64,000 bases of DNA from Eledone cirrhosa (GCA_964016885.1 OZ024742.1:268708001-268772000), one strand, 5' to 3'. Numbered from the stretch's first letter, positions 1 to 13,523 are shown. Made by a program: numbers and translations. The notes: generated from the sequence alone by a model not told the origin.

Positions 1-110
1 CGAAGAATCAGTGATGCATCGGAACACAATTTATTACGTATTACAATTGTTTGTCCGGCGAACAGCTCGGGGAGCGATCTGTTTGTGGATCGAACCAGAT
101 TCTGGATTCG
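1..110. repeat. Unclassified interspersed repeat fragment (paralogue at ~11436-11545)
   Basis: cagtgatgcatcggaac..caatttatt..ttacaat..cggcg..acagctcg..gcgatctgt..gtggatcga recurs at 11436-11545 with moderate divergence. Confidence 0.7.
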
Positions 111-469
111 CAAGTTCCTCATCCTGTTTGCATGGCACTTAGATTGGTTGATAGTTCGTGACGTCATCATTGTGCTTGACCATTGGAATCTGCCCACTGG
201 CTATCTCCATTCAGACGTAAGCTGTCATTCATTCCAATCCCAACGCCAAAATTAATGCTGTCTTTAGGAGTGCTTTTATGATTTCCATGCCAATCCCTTG
301 CATGCCAGCCTCCCCATACATATACCCCCACACGCACACGTGCTCACACCTATATAGAGGCATTCCGAACCATTAATCGTACACTTGTATGTGTGGACCT
401 ACACACACTCACACATAGAGCATGCGCGTTTGCGTTCACACATGTACATACATATATATTTATCTCAGA

Positions 470-1040
470 TGAATTCCTGAGCTGGAAGTCAAGCAGGGAT
501 CCAGTTTCATCTTGTTGTTCTATGCTAAACCTTATGTTAATGTTCACGCTAGAGAATCTTGTTTATATTTTGTCTGCTTCTTCACGGCTGGTGTAAGGAT
601 GAGTATGTTATCTACAAATCGCGTGAAGAAGGCACAGGAGGGTCCGATATTCTAGGTAATTCATATAAGTGATGGCCAGCAGGCCCGATAGGTTAGAGCC
701 CATGAGCAGTCCTATGTGTTTGTATGTGTGGTTGTGGAAGGTGGAATAGGTATTATTCATCGTGATGGTTAAAGGCTGATGTATGTCTCTCGGTTGCAGA
801 CAATTGTATATGTCTTCAGAGATCATGCTATCAGTCAATAAATTGAATGCTGGGTGAGCGGAGACTGTAGTGTAGGAGACAGCGTCGAGACTAAAGGTAT
901 GCTTCTTGAGTATAATTTGGTATGGTTGGAGTTGGTAGAGACATTGTATGAATTCATGCGAGCTACAGACATGCCTGAGGAAGGTGGATAGCATAGGCTT
1001 AAGGATCTGAGTGAGGAGCCAAGACATATTATATAGGGAT
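470..1040 (-). pseudogene. Degenerate Penelope-like reverse transcriptase fragment
   Basis: Translations MNNTYSTFHNHTYKHIGLLMGSNLSGLLAITYM (PLE RT GxxMGSxLS motif) and IRFSIEQQDETGSLLD (PLE IKFTxE..GxLPFLD-like) with frameshifts. Confidence 0.7.
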
Positions 1041-1042
1041 CC

Positions 1043-1297
1043 TTCTATGCTGTGCAATATGAGAAATGTAACGGCTTGTATATAGGCAGCACCAGAAGAC
1101 ACATACACATAATTAACGAACACATTAACATTAATGCTTCCTCATGCAAAGAAAAATATTTAGAGAAAGGGAAATACACTAAGAAAACCATAACCGTTAA
1201 CATTAAAACAATGGAAAGGAACCTATGCAATCTTAGAATAAAGGAAGCATTTATCATAGCCAGAACACACCCACAAATCAATAATAGACTAGAATGA
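1043..1297 (+). pseudogene. PLE GIY-YIG endonuclease fragment, inverted relative to the adjacent RT
   Basis: KCNGLYIGSTRRHI...LRIKEAFIIARTHPQINNRLE matches the PLE GIY-YIG C-terminus (YIGxT..R; E..I....P.IN). Confidence 0.7.
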
Positions 1298-1596
1298 AGC
1301 ACACAATACATAACATTGAATTAGGCGCACAACGCCTAATTTAGAAGGCCACTGGTCTCTACACATAGGGGTACACATGGGCCCGCATACGAGCATATAG
1401 ATGCGTAATGGTATGCCTTGGTGTATATATGCATGAGAGCGATTACATTTGTTCATATGAGTGTATGGGCGTATTTGCTGGTGGGAGGAGACACACTCCA
1501 TCATATTATTTTTCTGTGAGAAACTCTGTATATGCATCCATGTCTTCACACTATTATATCCGTGCATGTGTGCGTATTTGCGTACGTGCTTACACA

Positions 1597-1599
1597 AAC

Positions 1600-1648
<49 letters not shown>
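1597..1648. repeat. (CA)n microsatellite
   Basis: Direct reading. Confidence 0.95.
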
Positions 1649-1652
<4 letters not shown>

Positions 1653-2864
1653 TATACGCATGTACATGTGTGTCAGTGCGTGTTAGTATATATATGTTTG
1701 TGTATTTTTAAAGGGAAATCACTATGTGCCTCCTTTGACCTGTCCTGACCTTTAATTTTTTAAACAAATGAGGTTAAAAAAAAAATTAATAAAATACTTC
1801 CGGTAGCATGGTATTGCTCGCACTATTGGACACTGGATTAGTCCCTTTTATTTTCTCCAGAGAGATTTTATTAATCGAAATATCATGACATATAAATAAA
1901 TTAAGTTAAAATACATAGCACCTTGTTTAACAATTTATTTATTCCTGCATTTCATATAGTCTTGGCTTTCACACGAGTGTGTGCCAGCCGCGAATCTAAA
2001 CGATAGCCCGGCTTGTTTCGATGTTAGTATTTGTTGACCTAGGATCACCATATTTTACGGTATTTTGAAATTTGATTTAAATATAGACTTATGCAAGAAA
2101 GATAAATTTTCAAGGGATATTCAATTACATTTGGCTTCCTGAGATTATCTGATGTTGGTTTAGAAACTCTAGTCAAATTAAAGTTCATTTAGAAAAACAT
2201 AAATGCAGGCAGGGTTATGCCTATATCAATAAGTTAGTGAATTGGTGTGCACAAGATGAAAAAACATTATAAACCTGAAATTTAAAACCAAACAATCAGT
2301 TACATTCTACATTATGTTATATACTTATTGCTGGGGGAGCGCAGTTTGTTCACCTCTGAGAAACCAAAAATGAAATGATACGTAGAATTATGTAAATATT
2401 CTAGGTTGTTGTGGAGGTATTTAAAGGCAGTGTGCACACTTGGAGGTATTTGCAAAGCAGCCAATCTCAGAAAAGTGTATGTCTACTAGTTATTGCGTCC
2501 CGAAGAGCAACACAAACATGAATATATGTGTACAGATTTCAGAAATTCCCCTTTCGCTGTTTAAACAGGCGTTTGGATATTGTGTATCTAAAAATAGGCC
2601 ACGTTTCTGCGGTAATATTCCCCAACCACATGGTTCCAAAATTACACATACACATGCACATACACATATATATATTTATATAAATTTAGGTGATTATTTC
2701 ATAGAAATAACTAGCGTTCACTTTTTTTATCTAACTTATCCCTATAAAAATTATCACTCAAATAAAATATAGCATAACGCATTCTATTTTTTGAATAATT
2801 GAGTTTCATTGTGTGAACGTGTAAACCCAGACATTTACAATAAACGCACCAGTTAACATACATA

Positions 2865-2893
2865 CACACCCACACGCGCGCACATGCACACAT

Positions 2894-2957
<64 letters not shown>

Positions 2958-2970
2958 ACACACACACACA

Positions 2971-3041
<71 letters not shown>

Positions 3042-3045
3042 TCAC
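2865..3045. repeat. (CA)n microsatellite
   Basis: Direct reading. Confidence 0.95.
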
Positions 3046-3472
3046 ATAGATATACATGTTTGTGTGTGTATGTATGTGGGTGTGTGTTCGTGTATACCAA
3101 ACACACATAAAGAATGATAGGGAATACTTTGTTGTGTGAAGGAGACAGGCTGATACTAAACGTTTCTCCGTTGTTAAGTTTTTATTGATACATATTTCGC
3201 TCGCTTATCTTTTTTTCTCTTCTGAAATGTTATATCGATCATTCATTCAATGTTGTGCTTCTCGATAACAGCAATTTATAAATGTTGATTTACCTCTTAT
3301 CTGCAATACAATAAGGTCCTTCAGATGATAGCACATCTCTTGAATATTGTCAGCTTGATAATTATTATACTTTGCCAATATCCATCTTTTCTCCTTTGCA
3401 TTTGTATTTTTAGAATACTTTTATATGCATTTATCAAATATGTGATATTTTTTTTTCGTGTTTACACCCGTC

Positions 3473-3473
<1 letters not shown>

Positions 3474-3530
<57 letters not shown>
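3474..3530. repeat. (TTA)n microsatellite
   Basis: Direct reading. Confidence 0.95.
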
Positions 3531-5094
3531 TTTCTTTTCGCTTGACTTTGTCCTGTACATTCGTTTACACATTAAATGACCGGCATCATTATTTTTTTCT
3601 TTTTCTCATGGCTTGACTATTTGAAATTATTCATAGCTCTAGGTTCTATCAATACTTACGGATGTAGCGCCATATTTGGTTATTTCAAATGGCGAACTAT
3701 GTTAATGGTTGCTTCAGTTTGCTACTGTGGATTTTCTCCCGATGACAGCTGACGCCAGTGAGCCATTAGCAAATCGTTTTCCTTAATGGTCGACACAAAC
3801 GCTAACATACTTATGTAAATTTTTATGAGTAAGATAATGCAAATATCTATACGTTCCTGTGTGTATGCATATCCCTGCATTTCATGTCTGTGCGTACAAT
3901 TTCTCTGTGAGTGTGAATGGATGTCTATGTATTTATGTATATGTGAATGCATATGAATGTTGAGGCACATTATCTTTCCATCTGTGTAGTCAATTCCTAA
4001 ACAGATTGATCAGCCGACACGTCCTTTCAATTATATATTTCTGTAGGAAGATAATTGGTAAGGGAGAATTATAGACGAAATGTATCAATATTATACACGG
4101 TTACCAGAAACACTACATCACTAACTTATATAACACAATAAGTTAAATAATGTATCCGTATCAATCGTAAGTAAAAATGTACAAATCTTGAATCGCTTAT
4201 TTCTATTTCTGTTCCTAATTCGAGTTTTTTTATGCGGCTTTTGTTTTGTGAATGCCATGCAGGGAAAAATACGTTTTGGAAAGATTTCTTTTCTTTCTCA
4301 ATGTTGAGTTGTGACAATTCAAACTACTTAATTTCCTCCAAATATTTTGAAAGTAGAATGTTATGCTGCTTAAATTAGAAAGAGGGAACATTCAGTGGAA
4401 ATACCTTATTCAGCTCAAATGCCAGGGTATTTGTTGCGCTACAGACCTTTGAGCCAACATTCCGGTTGGGTTATTTCACCTTTCACCGTCCCTTTCTCTC
4501 TCTCTTTCACACACACACACACACACACACTTATTCCCTCCCTCTGGTACTCTCTCACTCTCATTCCTGTCTACCTATATTTCGCTGTCAATCTCGCAAT
4601 CGTCTCTTTTCAAAGTAAGATATTTCTAAGGCATCAATACACAATATTCCCTTCCACGGGAATTGCATGTTACATTACTGCAATTTTGTTAGCAGAAACG
4701 TACTATAAAGATCTATCTGAGTTACAGGATATATTTACCGGAGTGTGAGATAGCAACTTGCATGTAGCGAGATTGTTATGTTGTGGGTATTGGACAATTA
4801 CCATATCGCAAGTTCCTTCTTAGATCATCCGCTAACCAAAAGAGCATAGCTTAATAGCAAAATTTAAAATATTGGTCGGTGTATCAAGAGATCTGGCATT
4901 CTGATTCGATTGAATGTTTATTTCAATCCGCACATTAACATTAATTGTGTGAAATGCACTTTTAAGAACTACTTGCTGGCTTTAAATATATGAACGCTAG
5001 ATCAAAGTTATTTCTCCCACAGTGTGTCAAAGATTGGTAGTATCGGGAGTGGGTGGGATACTATGCTTTGCAGCAAAAAAAATAAGGCCATTTA

Positions 5095-5220
5095 TGGTCT
5101 GAGTTCAAATCCTGCCGAGGTTAACTGTGCCTTTCATCCTTACGGGGTCGATAACATAAAGTACCAGTAATACGCTGGGATAATTGGTGGCCTTGTGCCA
5201 ACAATAGAAATAATTATAAT
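5095..5220 (+). mobile_element. tRNA-derived SINE fragment (B box, central domain and 3' tail; cephalopod-type)
   Basis: B box gagttcaaatcc, central gcctttcatccttacggggtcgataa..aagtaccag, tail ggccttgtgccaacaatagaaa; partial inverse copy at 35271-35326. Confidence 0.75.
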
Positions 5221-5832
5221 GAGAATGTACTATTAAAAAATGTAGATTAATCCAAATTGCTTCATTTCAGACATTATTAATATTTTGTTCACATTGGGTA
5301 ACAGTCAAATTTTAATATGCATTTGTATGCCCTCAGCAGAATTGAAATGCTTTAAAAGTATCCTGGTTCATTCCTGTCCTAGATGATTGTCTTCAAAACA
5401 TTTTAGCAACACGTTAATTAATTAAGCGCTCCCCTTTTCTGAATACAAATACAGCTGGTAAAGGTATTTTCGCCTGATGAGTGGTCAATGATTGTAACAA
5501 GTGACTAATTATTGTGTGCACCTCCATACTTTCTTTTTTTTTTTCATTTTGTTTTTCCATTAACGCCTCTTCTATTCTTTGTTGATCTGTCAATCCTGTT
5601 CACCATATCATCCCTTGAAAAACACATTAAATATACAGCCAATATATTGTTTAACTTATTCTTGTCTGATAACCCTCTAAACACACAGGCAAAACCAAAG
5701 TTGTTTAATAGGACAGTGACTTCTCTCCACAATTATTGTTTTCTATTGTTACTTTAAGCTGATCCACGTGACAGTGATTACCAAACACACACACATATAC
5801 GCACGTATAAGAACACCAGTCTCTATCTCTCC

Positions 5833-5894
<62 letters not shown>

Positions 5895-5900
5895 TATACA

Positions 5901-6594
5901 TGAAATTTTAGTAAGTAAGTTAATTTTATAATTTTCTTATTTTACGTCTCTCATGATATTGTTCTGCAACCCCATGCATTGAACCACAAGGTTACTAAGA
6001 CAAAACCTATGTATTTGCTAGCATTGGTATGCATCTGTGTGTATATATATGTTACTAGATATATTACTTCTTTATAATTATCTCCAAATTATTTGTCGAG
6101 CAATATTGGCCAAGACTGCTGCTATAGTAGCAGGCAGGCTGCTGTCTTCTTAACAAACCACTTTCCACTGATTGACCTCGATGTCACGCGATTGATTCTT
6201 TTTGAATTTGCCACTGACGCAGTAGGCAGTGATTTTCTCAATGGCTAGGAACTCAGTCCACGCTTTGCTATTTTCTATCCACTGAATTATTTTTGTATAA
6301 GTTCCCAGAGTCCACGCTTTGCCTGTAAACTTAGCTGAGAATAGACTTCCCTGACGACGAAAGGCTTCTCAATATTTTCTTCGGAAAGTATATTTATTCC
6401 CTTTCAGAAACTAATTAGTTGGGAGTGAAATTTTAGTAAGTAAGTTAATTTTATAATTTTCTTATTTTACGTCTGTCATATTATTGTTCTGCAACCCCAT
6501 GCATTGAACCACAAAGTTACTAAGACAAAACCTATGTATTTGCTAGCATTGGTATGCATCTGTGTGTATATATATGTTACTAGATATATTAATT

Positions 6595-6601
<7 letters not shown>
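5901..6601 (+). mobile_element. Non-coding HHR mini-retroelement: 1.3 copies of a 525-nt unit, between (CA)n and (TA)n
   Basis: Direct repeat 5901-6076 / 6426-6601 (offset 525), internal HHR, CTCC/GTCGAG motif at 6082-6100, no ORF. Confidence 0.85.
6346..6425 (+). ncRNA. Type-I hammerhead ribozyme
   Basis: Helix I cttcc/gggag; core CTGACGA; helix II gaaagg/cctttc; GAAA; palindromic helix III CTAATTAG; predicted cleavage after TT at 6420. Confidence 0.8.
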
Positions 6602-6685
<84 letters not shown>

Positions 6686-6729
6686 TATATATTTATATAT
6701 ATATAAATATATATATTTATATATATATA

Positions 6730-6801
<72 letters not shown>
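6597..6801. repeat. (TA)n microsatellite
   Basis: Direct reading. Confidence 0.95.
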
Positions 6802-6805
<4 letters not shown>

Positions 6806-6854
6806 TGCACACACAGACACAGCTAAACACACATACGTATATATTAAATGCAGT

Positions 6855-7635
6855 GAGTAAAATCGATATTGCAGCTGTGGCAGCGTCTCTCGAAAGAACA
6901 ATCCAAGCCAACCACTCTATAATATGGTATTGAAAAATCCATAAATTAAATCTTAGATTATTAAACATACGTTAAATGTATGAGAAACTGAAAACTGTGG
7001 TTAGTTACAGAATGCCACAACAACTGCTACAACACCGAAAATACCAACAGTTTAATACGAATCTCGACCTAATTGATAGATATAATCAATATATTCAATT
7101 GGTTTCTGTGAATTCGAAATCAACAATCCGAATTAAGCTATACGCAAGTTTGTACTGTATTAAGATCGAACGTTCTGTGTACCATCTGCTCGGTGCAATG
7201 TGACTGCTGTGATAGTATAGTACAAACTATCGTAGCGGGTCACGTGTTATTTCTCAAGGAATAGGGAAGAATTCCATCCGGTATTTTGGCGGGCAAATTT
7301 GAAGTGTGGACTAAGGCATCAATTCACAGTCTTTGAATTGAAGATCTCAACCAGGTTATCAAAGAAACAGAAATAATGAATCATTCAATAATCGATCAAT
7401 TAATTAATTATAAAGGTTAGGAGGAGAACAATAATAATGATATTGAGTAAAATCGAAGTTGGAGCTATGGCAACATATCTCGAAAGAACAATCCTCAGAA
7501 GCTTGCCCAAGTACTCGATAAGATGATATCGAGAAATCTAAATCTTAGAGTAATAAGCAGACGTTAAATATTTGAAAAATTGAAAACTGTGGTTAGGTAA
7601 AGAATGCCACAGCTACTACTACAATAACGAATTTA
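6855..7635 (-). mobile_element. Old non-coding partial-tandem element (~590-nt period)
   Basis: Diverged direct repeats ~6855-7035 and ~7445-7630; TCGAGTAC on - at ~7511-7518; (TA)n tracts nearby on both sides. Confidence 0.55.
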
Positions 7636-7641
7636 CAAAAA

Positions 7642-7700
<59 letters not shown>

Positions 7701-7703
<3 letters not shown>

Positions 7704-9522
7704 GTGGTTACACGATATTTGGTTCACCATGCCGAGAAAAATGTTCCACCTTAGCGGATTCTCAGCTCGTAATGGACATAGTTATACTGAGCAGGAAGGA
7801 CAACCGCACGAAAGGGCATGCGCAGAAACGGTCACTTCACTCAGGCAATACTAAGTTACGTGCCAGAGGTGTAAGGGAGATAACTGCGAAAGTCCGAAAG
7901 TTTCTAGTCGATAAGAAAATTAGGATGTTGTTGTAATTCAATCCGGAGCTTTGTAGTTATGTAAGAGGTGTTTCCAGACGTGAGGACAACGTGTGAAGAA
8001 ATCATTTCTTGAGTTTAGGCAATCGATATTGCGTAATCTCATTAGAATATTTATTCGTTCATCAATACATAGTCCACACGGCGGAGTGCCCCTTGCGTAT
8101 GGTTTGGACATAGTGATGGCTTTCCATTGAATGGGGTAATCTGTACATGATTCCTTGAGGAACCATACGTGGCTCACGAGTTTCGTGGATGAACGTCCGT
8201 CCGGGTACCTAAAGGTCGACTGGTCGTTCAGGAATGCGGCAATAGCATCCTGGTGGGGTATTGCTCTTAGGGCTGTTGGTGATGTGGGCCTTCATGTTCT
8301 TAGCGCAGGAGTATCCTAGTTTTACTTTGTGTCAGTTAAAGATGGAGCGGTATTCATGACCTATGGGAAAATGTCTATCTAAGAGGGCTAGAAAGTGTTT
8401 GCCTACATTGGTTTTAACGTTGAGTGAGAAGGCAGGAGAGAACTAGATAGCTTGACTATTGTTACGCTTTGTTTTCTAATTGCTGTTGTTGTTAGTGGGA
8501 GAGTAAGTGATAGGTTGCGAGAAGCCGCTGTTAGCTAACGCCGTGTTATAGTAGGATGCTGTAAAATATAGACTTATTAGAGAAGAGGTTTGAGATTCTA
8601 GTATTGATATTATTTACGAAGTTTCTAAAAACTGTGGGTGGGTGGCATGCGTCCTTGTGAGTATATTTGAGTTTTTCGTTAAGCTTATGAGAGAGTCTGT
8701 AGGTGTGTGTACGAAGGTCTAAATTAATCCCTAGTGAGGTTGGTAGCTACTGTTATCCTAAGTCCTAATTCATTGAAGGTAGAAGCTAAATCTTTTTTAA
8801 ACCGGTCGATGCCGTGACCAATTTTATGGCTCGATATTGTCAGTTCATCGTCGCGGTATATTTCCGTGTGGAAGTCCGGGAATCTAACACGTAACACGTA
8901 ATATGTCTAAAATAAATAGGCCAACGAAGTCACATACGTAAGCACTATCAAACGATCTCATGGGGACGTCGAATAGATCTGAAGTTGTTGGCTTCTTTGC
9001 CCTGGCTACACCGTTGTTGAAGAGGAGGGTTTTCCGGCAGTGAGCGATGATTTTCCTGTCTAAACCATGGATGGTAGTGTAAGTGGTAGCAAAGTCCAAC
9101 GCTTTGTTTAACAGGGTCTCTGAGATTGACGGGTAACAATCAACAATTTCAAACTGTGTGAACTTCGCTTTTTTGGATTTAAAATAGTTAAACCACTTAA
9201 TTATGGAGTCGCTGTTCTCCCACTGGGACAGGTTGGACTTGGTCCTAATGGTCTTAACTATGTTTCTAAGTATAGCCTTACTGACTAGTCCCATATCTAT
9301 GCGTGCCGAGTTTAGTAGTCTACATATGGAGTTAGAAGTAAAGTCTACCTTGTGATCTTTCAGGGTGAGGAATGCCTCCTGCCTAGCTAGAGATTGTAGC
9401 TTCTTATCAAACTTAAGGGCGGCGGCAAATTCTTCGGCTTCTGTATTAATGTCGTGGTAGGCCATAGGGTTAGCTTTCTTGAGTGCTCTACCACTACGGA
9501 TATTACCTTCCAGTGTCCTACT
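7701..9522 (-). mobile_element. 5'-truncated, degenerate Naiad-like PLE (RT + GIY-YIG) in (TA)n
   Basis: TLKDHKVDF..CRLLNSAR.DMG.VSK and KFTQFEIVDCYPSISE (8884-9520); C-terminal WK...KPY....CGLCIDE....LNSRNDFFTRCPH (7938-8177); TA tracts on both sides. Confidence 0.85.
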
Positions 9523-9628
9523 AATATATATATATATAGATATATATATATATAAATATATATATTTGTTTTGCAAGGTGATATGAAATCGTGTGTCGAA
9601 ACAAATATAGTTAGACTTGTTAAAATAT

Positions 9629-11290
9629 ATTTATGGTATGGTGGGAAAGGAGACTCAAAGAACTCCTTGAAGAGAGTTCCATAGACCTCGTCATGTATTT
9701 TCGTTACGTAGACGATATTAATATAGTAATAAGAACACCCCCACAAGATAGTACTAATGAGCATGATTTGGAACGCAGCACAATGGAAAGCAGATAGCTA
9801 ACACTATACACCAGAGTATAGATGTAACTGTTGACCACCCTTCCAAACTAAAAATAGAGTACCAGTATTAGACACGGAACTCTGGATTAACACTATAGAC
9901 GAAAGGGCCCACATTCTCCACTCACACTATGCTAAACTCATGGCCTCCAAATACCTGATACTCAAACACTCAGCAATGTCCAGTAGTGATAAGTTTAATA
10001 TTCTGATCGCAGACTTGGTACGAGTGATGAAGAACGTGTCCCGCATGTGCGACCCCACTGAAATGGGAAGACACATCCAACACTTTATCAACCGCTTGCA
10101 GTTATCTGGCTACAACCGAAGAGACAGAATCAGAGTATACAAAGGAGCAACGGAGAATTATAAGACCCTCATAGAAGTGGACACGAAAGAAATTTGCCCA
10201 ATATACAGTAGCAAATCAATGAATAGCTTAGATAGGACTAACGATAAGATAGGTAAAGCCACTTCATTGTACGACAAACAGAGATAAAAGGGTGTTATGT
10301 TCCTGGATGCTACCCCTGGGGGTAAATTAGCTAACCAATGTAGAAAGGCTCTAAGAAAGACCCTCTTAAAGATTAAAGTGGTAAACAAGCCAGGAACTAC
10401 CATAAAATCCCTGATCAGGAAAACACACCCCTTTACTAAAACCCTCTGTGTTAGTAAGAAATATGTTATATGTCAAATGAACACCCAGATAAACTGTAAA
10501 GCTAGAAATGTAGTATATAGCATCAGATGTACAGAAGGTACTTGCATAAACATGACAACTACATACATAGTTGAGACAGCTCGAGCATAGGAGAGAGAAT
10601 AGACGAACACATGGGGGTGGGGGGGTTAAAAAAAAACAAAAAATGGTTCCGTACTACAAGTACACGCCAGACAACATGACGGTAATATAGAGAACATAGA
10701 AATTAAAATAATATCTAAACATAGAAATGACTCAATAAGCAGGCAAATCGAAGACGCAAGTGAAATAAAGCATAGAAAGCCAAAGTTGAACAGAAAAACG
10801 AATGGAATAACAATAACAACCATACCCAAACAAACAATACTGACTCTAAGGAAATGTAAATAAATAAATAAATATATACACAAGTACAATAACAACAGAG
10901 ACATATAAACAAACACTAGTAAACAAAGATAGAATACAAAAATCAAAACCCATACACTCAAACGCGAACACACACACCGAATATTAAACACAGACGCAAA
11001 CGCATGCGCAGAAACGGAGACAAGAATAAATAAATAAATACATAAATAAATAAAATAAAAATGGCGTAGACATTAAAATACAATACAATAGGAGTGAACA
11101 TAATAGTACTACTGATGATGTTGTAGATGTGCAACAAAAGAACTTTGATATATATTTATATCTGTATGTTTAACCGTTTGTCAATCAATGATAAACGTTG
11201 ATTGCCAAATAAATTAACTATGGAGATATAAAAGATACAGAAGCGAAACCATCAAACAGTGAGTGTGTTCTGTTATTATTTCTGGGATAT
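9629..11290 (+). mobile_element. 5'-truncated PLE of a second family (RT C-half, GIY-YIG, 3' UTR with decayed HHR)
   Basis: MVWWE..YFRYVDDINI, MASKYLILKHSAMS, CKARNVVYSIRC..YIVETAR; homologous to 13524-15762; decayed HHR ctgatgatgttgtagatgtgcaacaaaa at 11109-11148. Confidence 0.85.
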
Positions 11291-11435
11291 TGTTTCAACA
11301 ATATGATGCACCCCAAGTATAATATATATATATATATATATATATATGTCTAATGGTAGCTAAGATGCTTCCATAGGGGGTATGCCACTTGAGCACTCTA
11401 TGCTCCTACGGAGCAGAATATGATAGAGTGGAAAA

Positions 11436-11545
11436 CGAAAATTCAGTGATGCATCGGAACTCAATTTATTGTGTGTTACAATCGTTTCCCCGGCGACAGC
11501 TCGAGGTGCGATCTGTGTGTGGATCGACCTGACTCTTGATTCATT
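11436..11545. repeat. Unclassified repeat (paralogue of 1-110)
   Basis: Similarity to the window start. Confidence 0.65.
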
Positions 11546-11647
11546 TCGTAGCATATGCTCCGAAATTCATAGACGTGTCCGAGAAAAACATAGAAAATTG
11601 TCTGTTTAAAAATTACGTGGGTATTACGTGGGTATTTAAATCTGCTT

Positions 11648-11753
<106 letters not shown>

Positions 11754-12002
11754 ATACATATGATGAAACACGTGCAAGTGTTACGCAGTAGAATCTATTC
11801 CAACTCACCTAGAATACGGTCTTTTACTAATGATTTTGTAATTTTATAATTACATTCTGTAAATTGTTACACTTGGAAACTAGATAGCTACCACAGGAAA
11901 CACCAATTCGAATAATTCATACGTTGAGTAAACACTACCGTATAGGGTTTTATTCTTGTGGACAATCAATTGAATTGATTACACGAACGGAATTTGAATA
12001 AT

Positions 12003-12078
<76 letters not shown>

Positions 12079-12259
12079 GAAGAGAGAAGAAACATTTAGA
12101 TATAATTAGTAATATTATGTATCATACCTAAACTGCTCCTAGATTCCTCGACTACGTAGTTTCGTGGCATAAACAAAAACAATACATCATAAAGATATAG
12201 AGTCTTTGCGAGGTCTGCCGTCGTGTAGACGCGTTCTTGAAGCTAGTAAAATGAGGTAT

Positions 12260-12347
12260 CCTCTTGATAAGTCGGCAGACCTCGCAAGGACTCTATATCT
12301 TTATGATGTATTGTTTTTGTTTATGCCACGAAACTACGTAGTCGAGG
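12260..12347 (+). ncRNA. Type-I hammerhead ribozyme (PLE-variant core)
   Basis: CCTC-TTGATAA-GTCGGCA..loop..TGCCAC-GAAA-CTACGTAG-TC-GAGG. Confidence 0.75.
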
Positions 12348-12852
12348 AATCTAGGAGCAGTTTCGGTATGATACATTTTATTACTAATTATATCTAAATG
12401 TTTCTTCTCTCTGCATAATGTATTTTTGACTCTGATACTGGTTCAGTCTAATTCAACCGGATTGGTCTGTCCCAGTCATTCATTGAGCAACATCGGTAAG
12501 GTTGGCACCATTAACTCACGGTTGAGTGTGGATGCATTCATGTATATGTGTGTGTCCGCATGTATCTGTGTGTTTCTAAATATATTGTTCATAACTCCCT
12601 CTGGTCGAGTAATCTTTGAAGTGTGGTGACTGCTGGAAAGCTGCCATTACTCATACTTCTCGCCCCCTTCACCACCTCTTCTACGGCTTCGATATAAATA
12701 CCCACTCCGCCTCCGTGGTATTTTCTTCGGGGTTATAAGAGGCTTAGCTCTGTTTCTCGACCGTTATATCGCGTGACTATCTCCCCCTCCGCCTTTTAGG
12801 ATTCTTTCTCACGTCGTGTAGACGCGTTCTTGAAGCTAGTAAAATGAGGTAT

Positions 12853-12940
12853 CCTCTTGATAAGTCGGCAGACCTCGCAAGGACTCTATATCTTTATGAT
12901 GTATTGTTTTTGTTTATGCCACGAAACTACGTAGTCGAGG
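12853..12940 (+). ncRNA. Type-I hammerhead ribozyme, second tandem copy
   Basis: Same motif as 12260-12347, offset 593 nt. Confidence 0.75.
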
Positions 12941-13176
12941 AATCTGGGAGCAGTTTAGGTATGATACATTTTATTACTAATTATATCTAAATGTTTCTTC
13001 TCTCTTCATAATGTATTTCTGACTCTGATACTAGTTCAGTCTAATTCAACCGGATTGGTCTGTCCCAGTCATTCATTGAGCAACATCGGTAAGGTTGGCA
13101 CCATTAACTCACGGTTGGGTGTGGATGCATTCATGTATATGTGTGTGTCCGCATGTATCTGTGTGTTTCTAAATAT

Positions 13177-13219
<43 letters not shown>

Positions 13220-13222
13220 TTA

Positions 13223-13287
<65 letters not shown>

Positions 13288-13493
13288 TCAGGGTTGAGGT
13301 TCACCACTGGATAGAGCTGGTCAATTCCGTATGGTCAATCTTAATGTAATAATATGGAGAGTACTCAACGTAACGCAGTTCAACCGTCTTTCTTTTTGTA
13401 GTTGGTGGTGCTAGTATGGAGTTGAAATGATCATAGTATAATAAACCTCTCAAGGATTTACACAAGTCCAGCCTCCTGTCATTTCCTTATAAT
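13288..13493. mobile_element. Internally deleted derivative of the 15981-18345 element
   Basis: 13288-13424 matches 15981-16116; 13423-13493 matches 18270-18343. Confidence 0.8.
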
Positions 13494-13523
13494 ATATATA
13501 TATACTTGTGGAGGGTCATATTT

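Larger units (their letters stand above)
12076..13180 (+). mobile_element. Non-coding HHR mini-retroelement: 1.6 copies of a 593-nt unit plus a 5' inverted arm, in (TA)n
   Basis: Direct repeat 12221-12587 / 12814-13180; 12076-12220 is the reverse complement of ~12273-12418; two HHRs. Confidence 0.9.

Noticed and set aside
5470-5520. CTGATGA followed by a gtggtca/tgacta hairpin
   Set aside because: No GAAA or helix III follows; at most a decayed HHR remnant.
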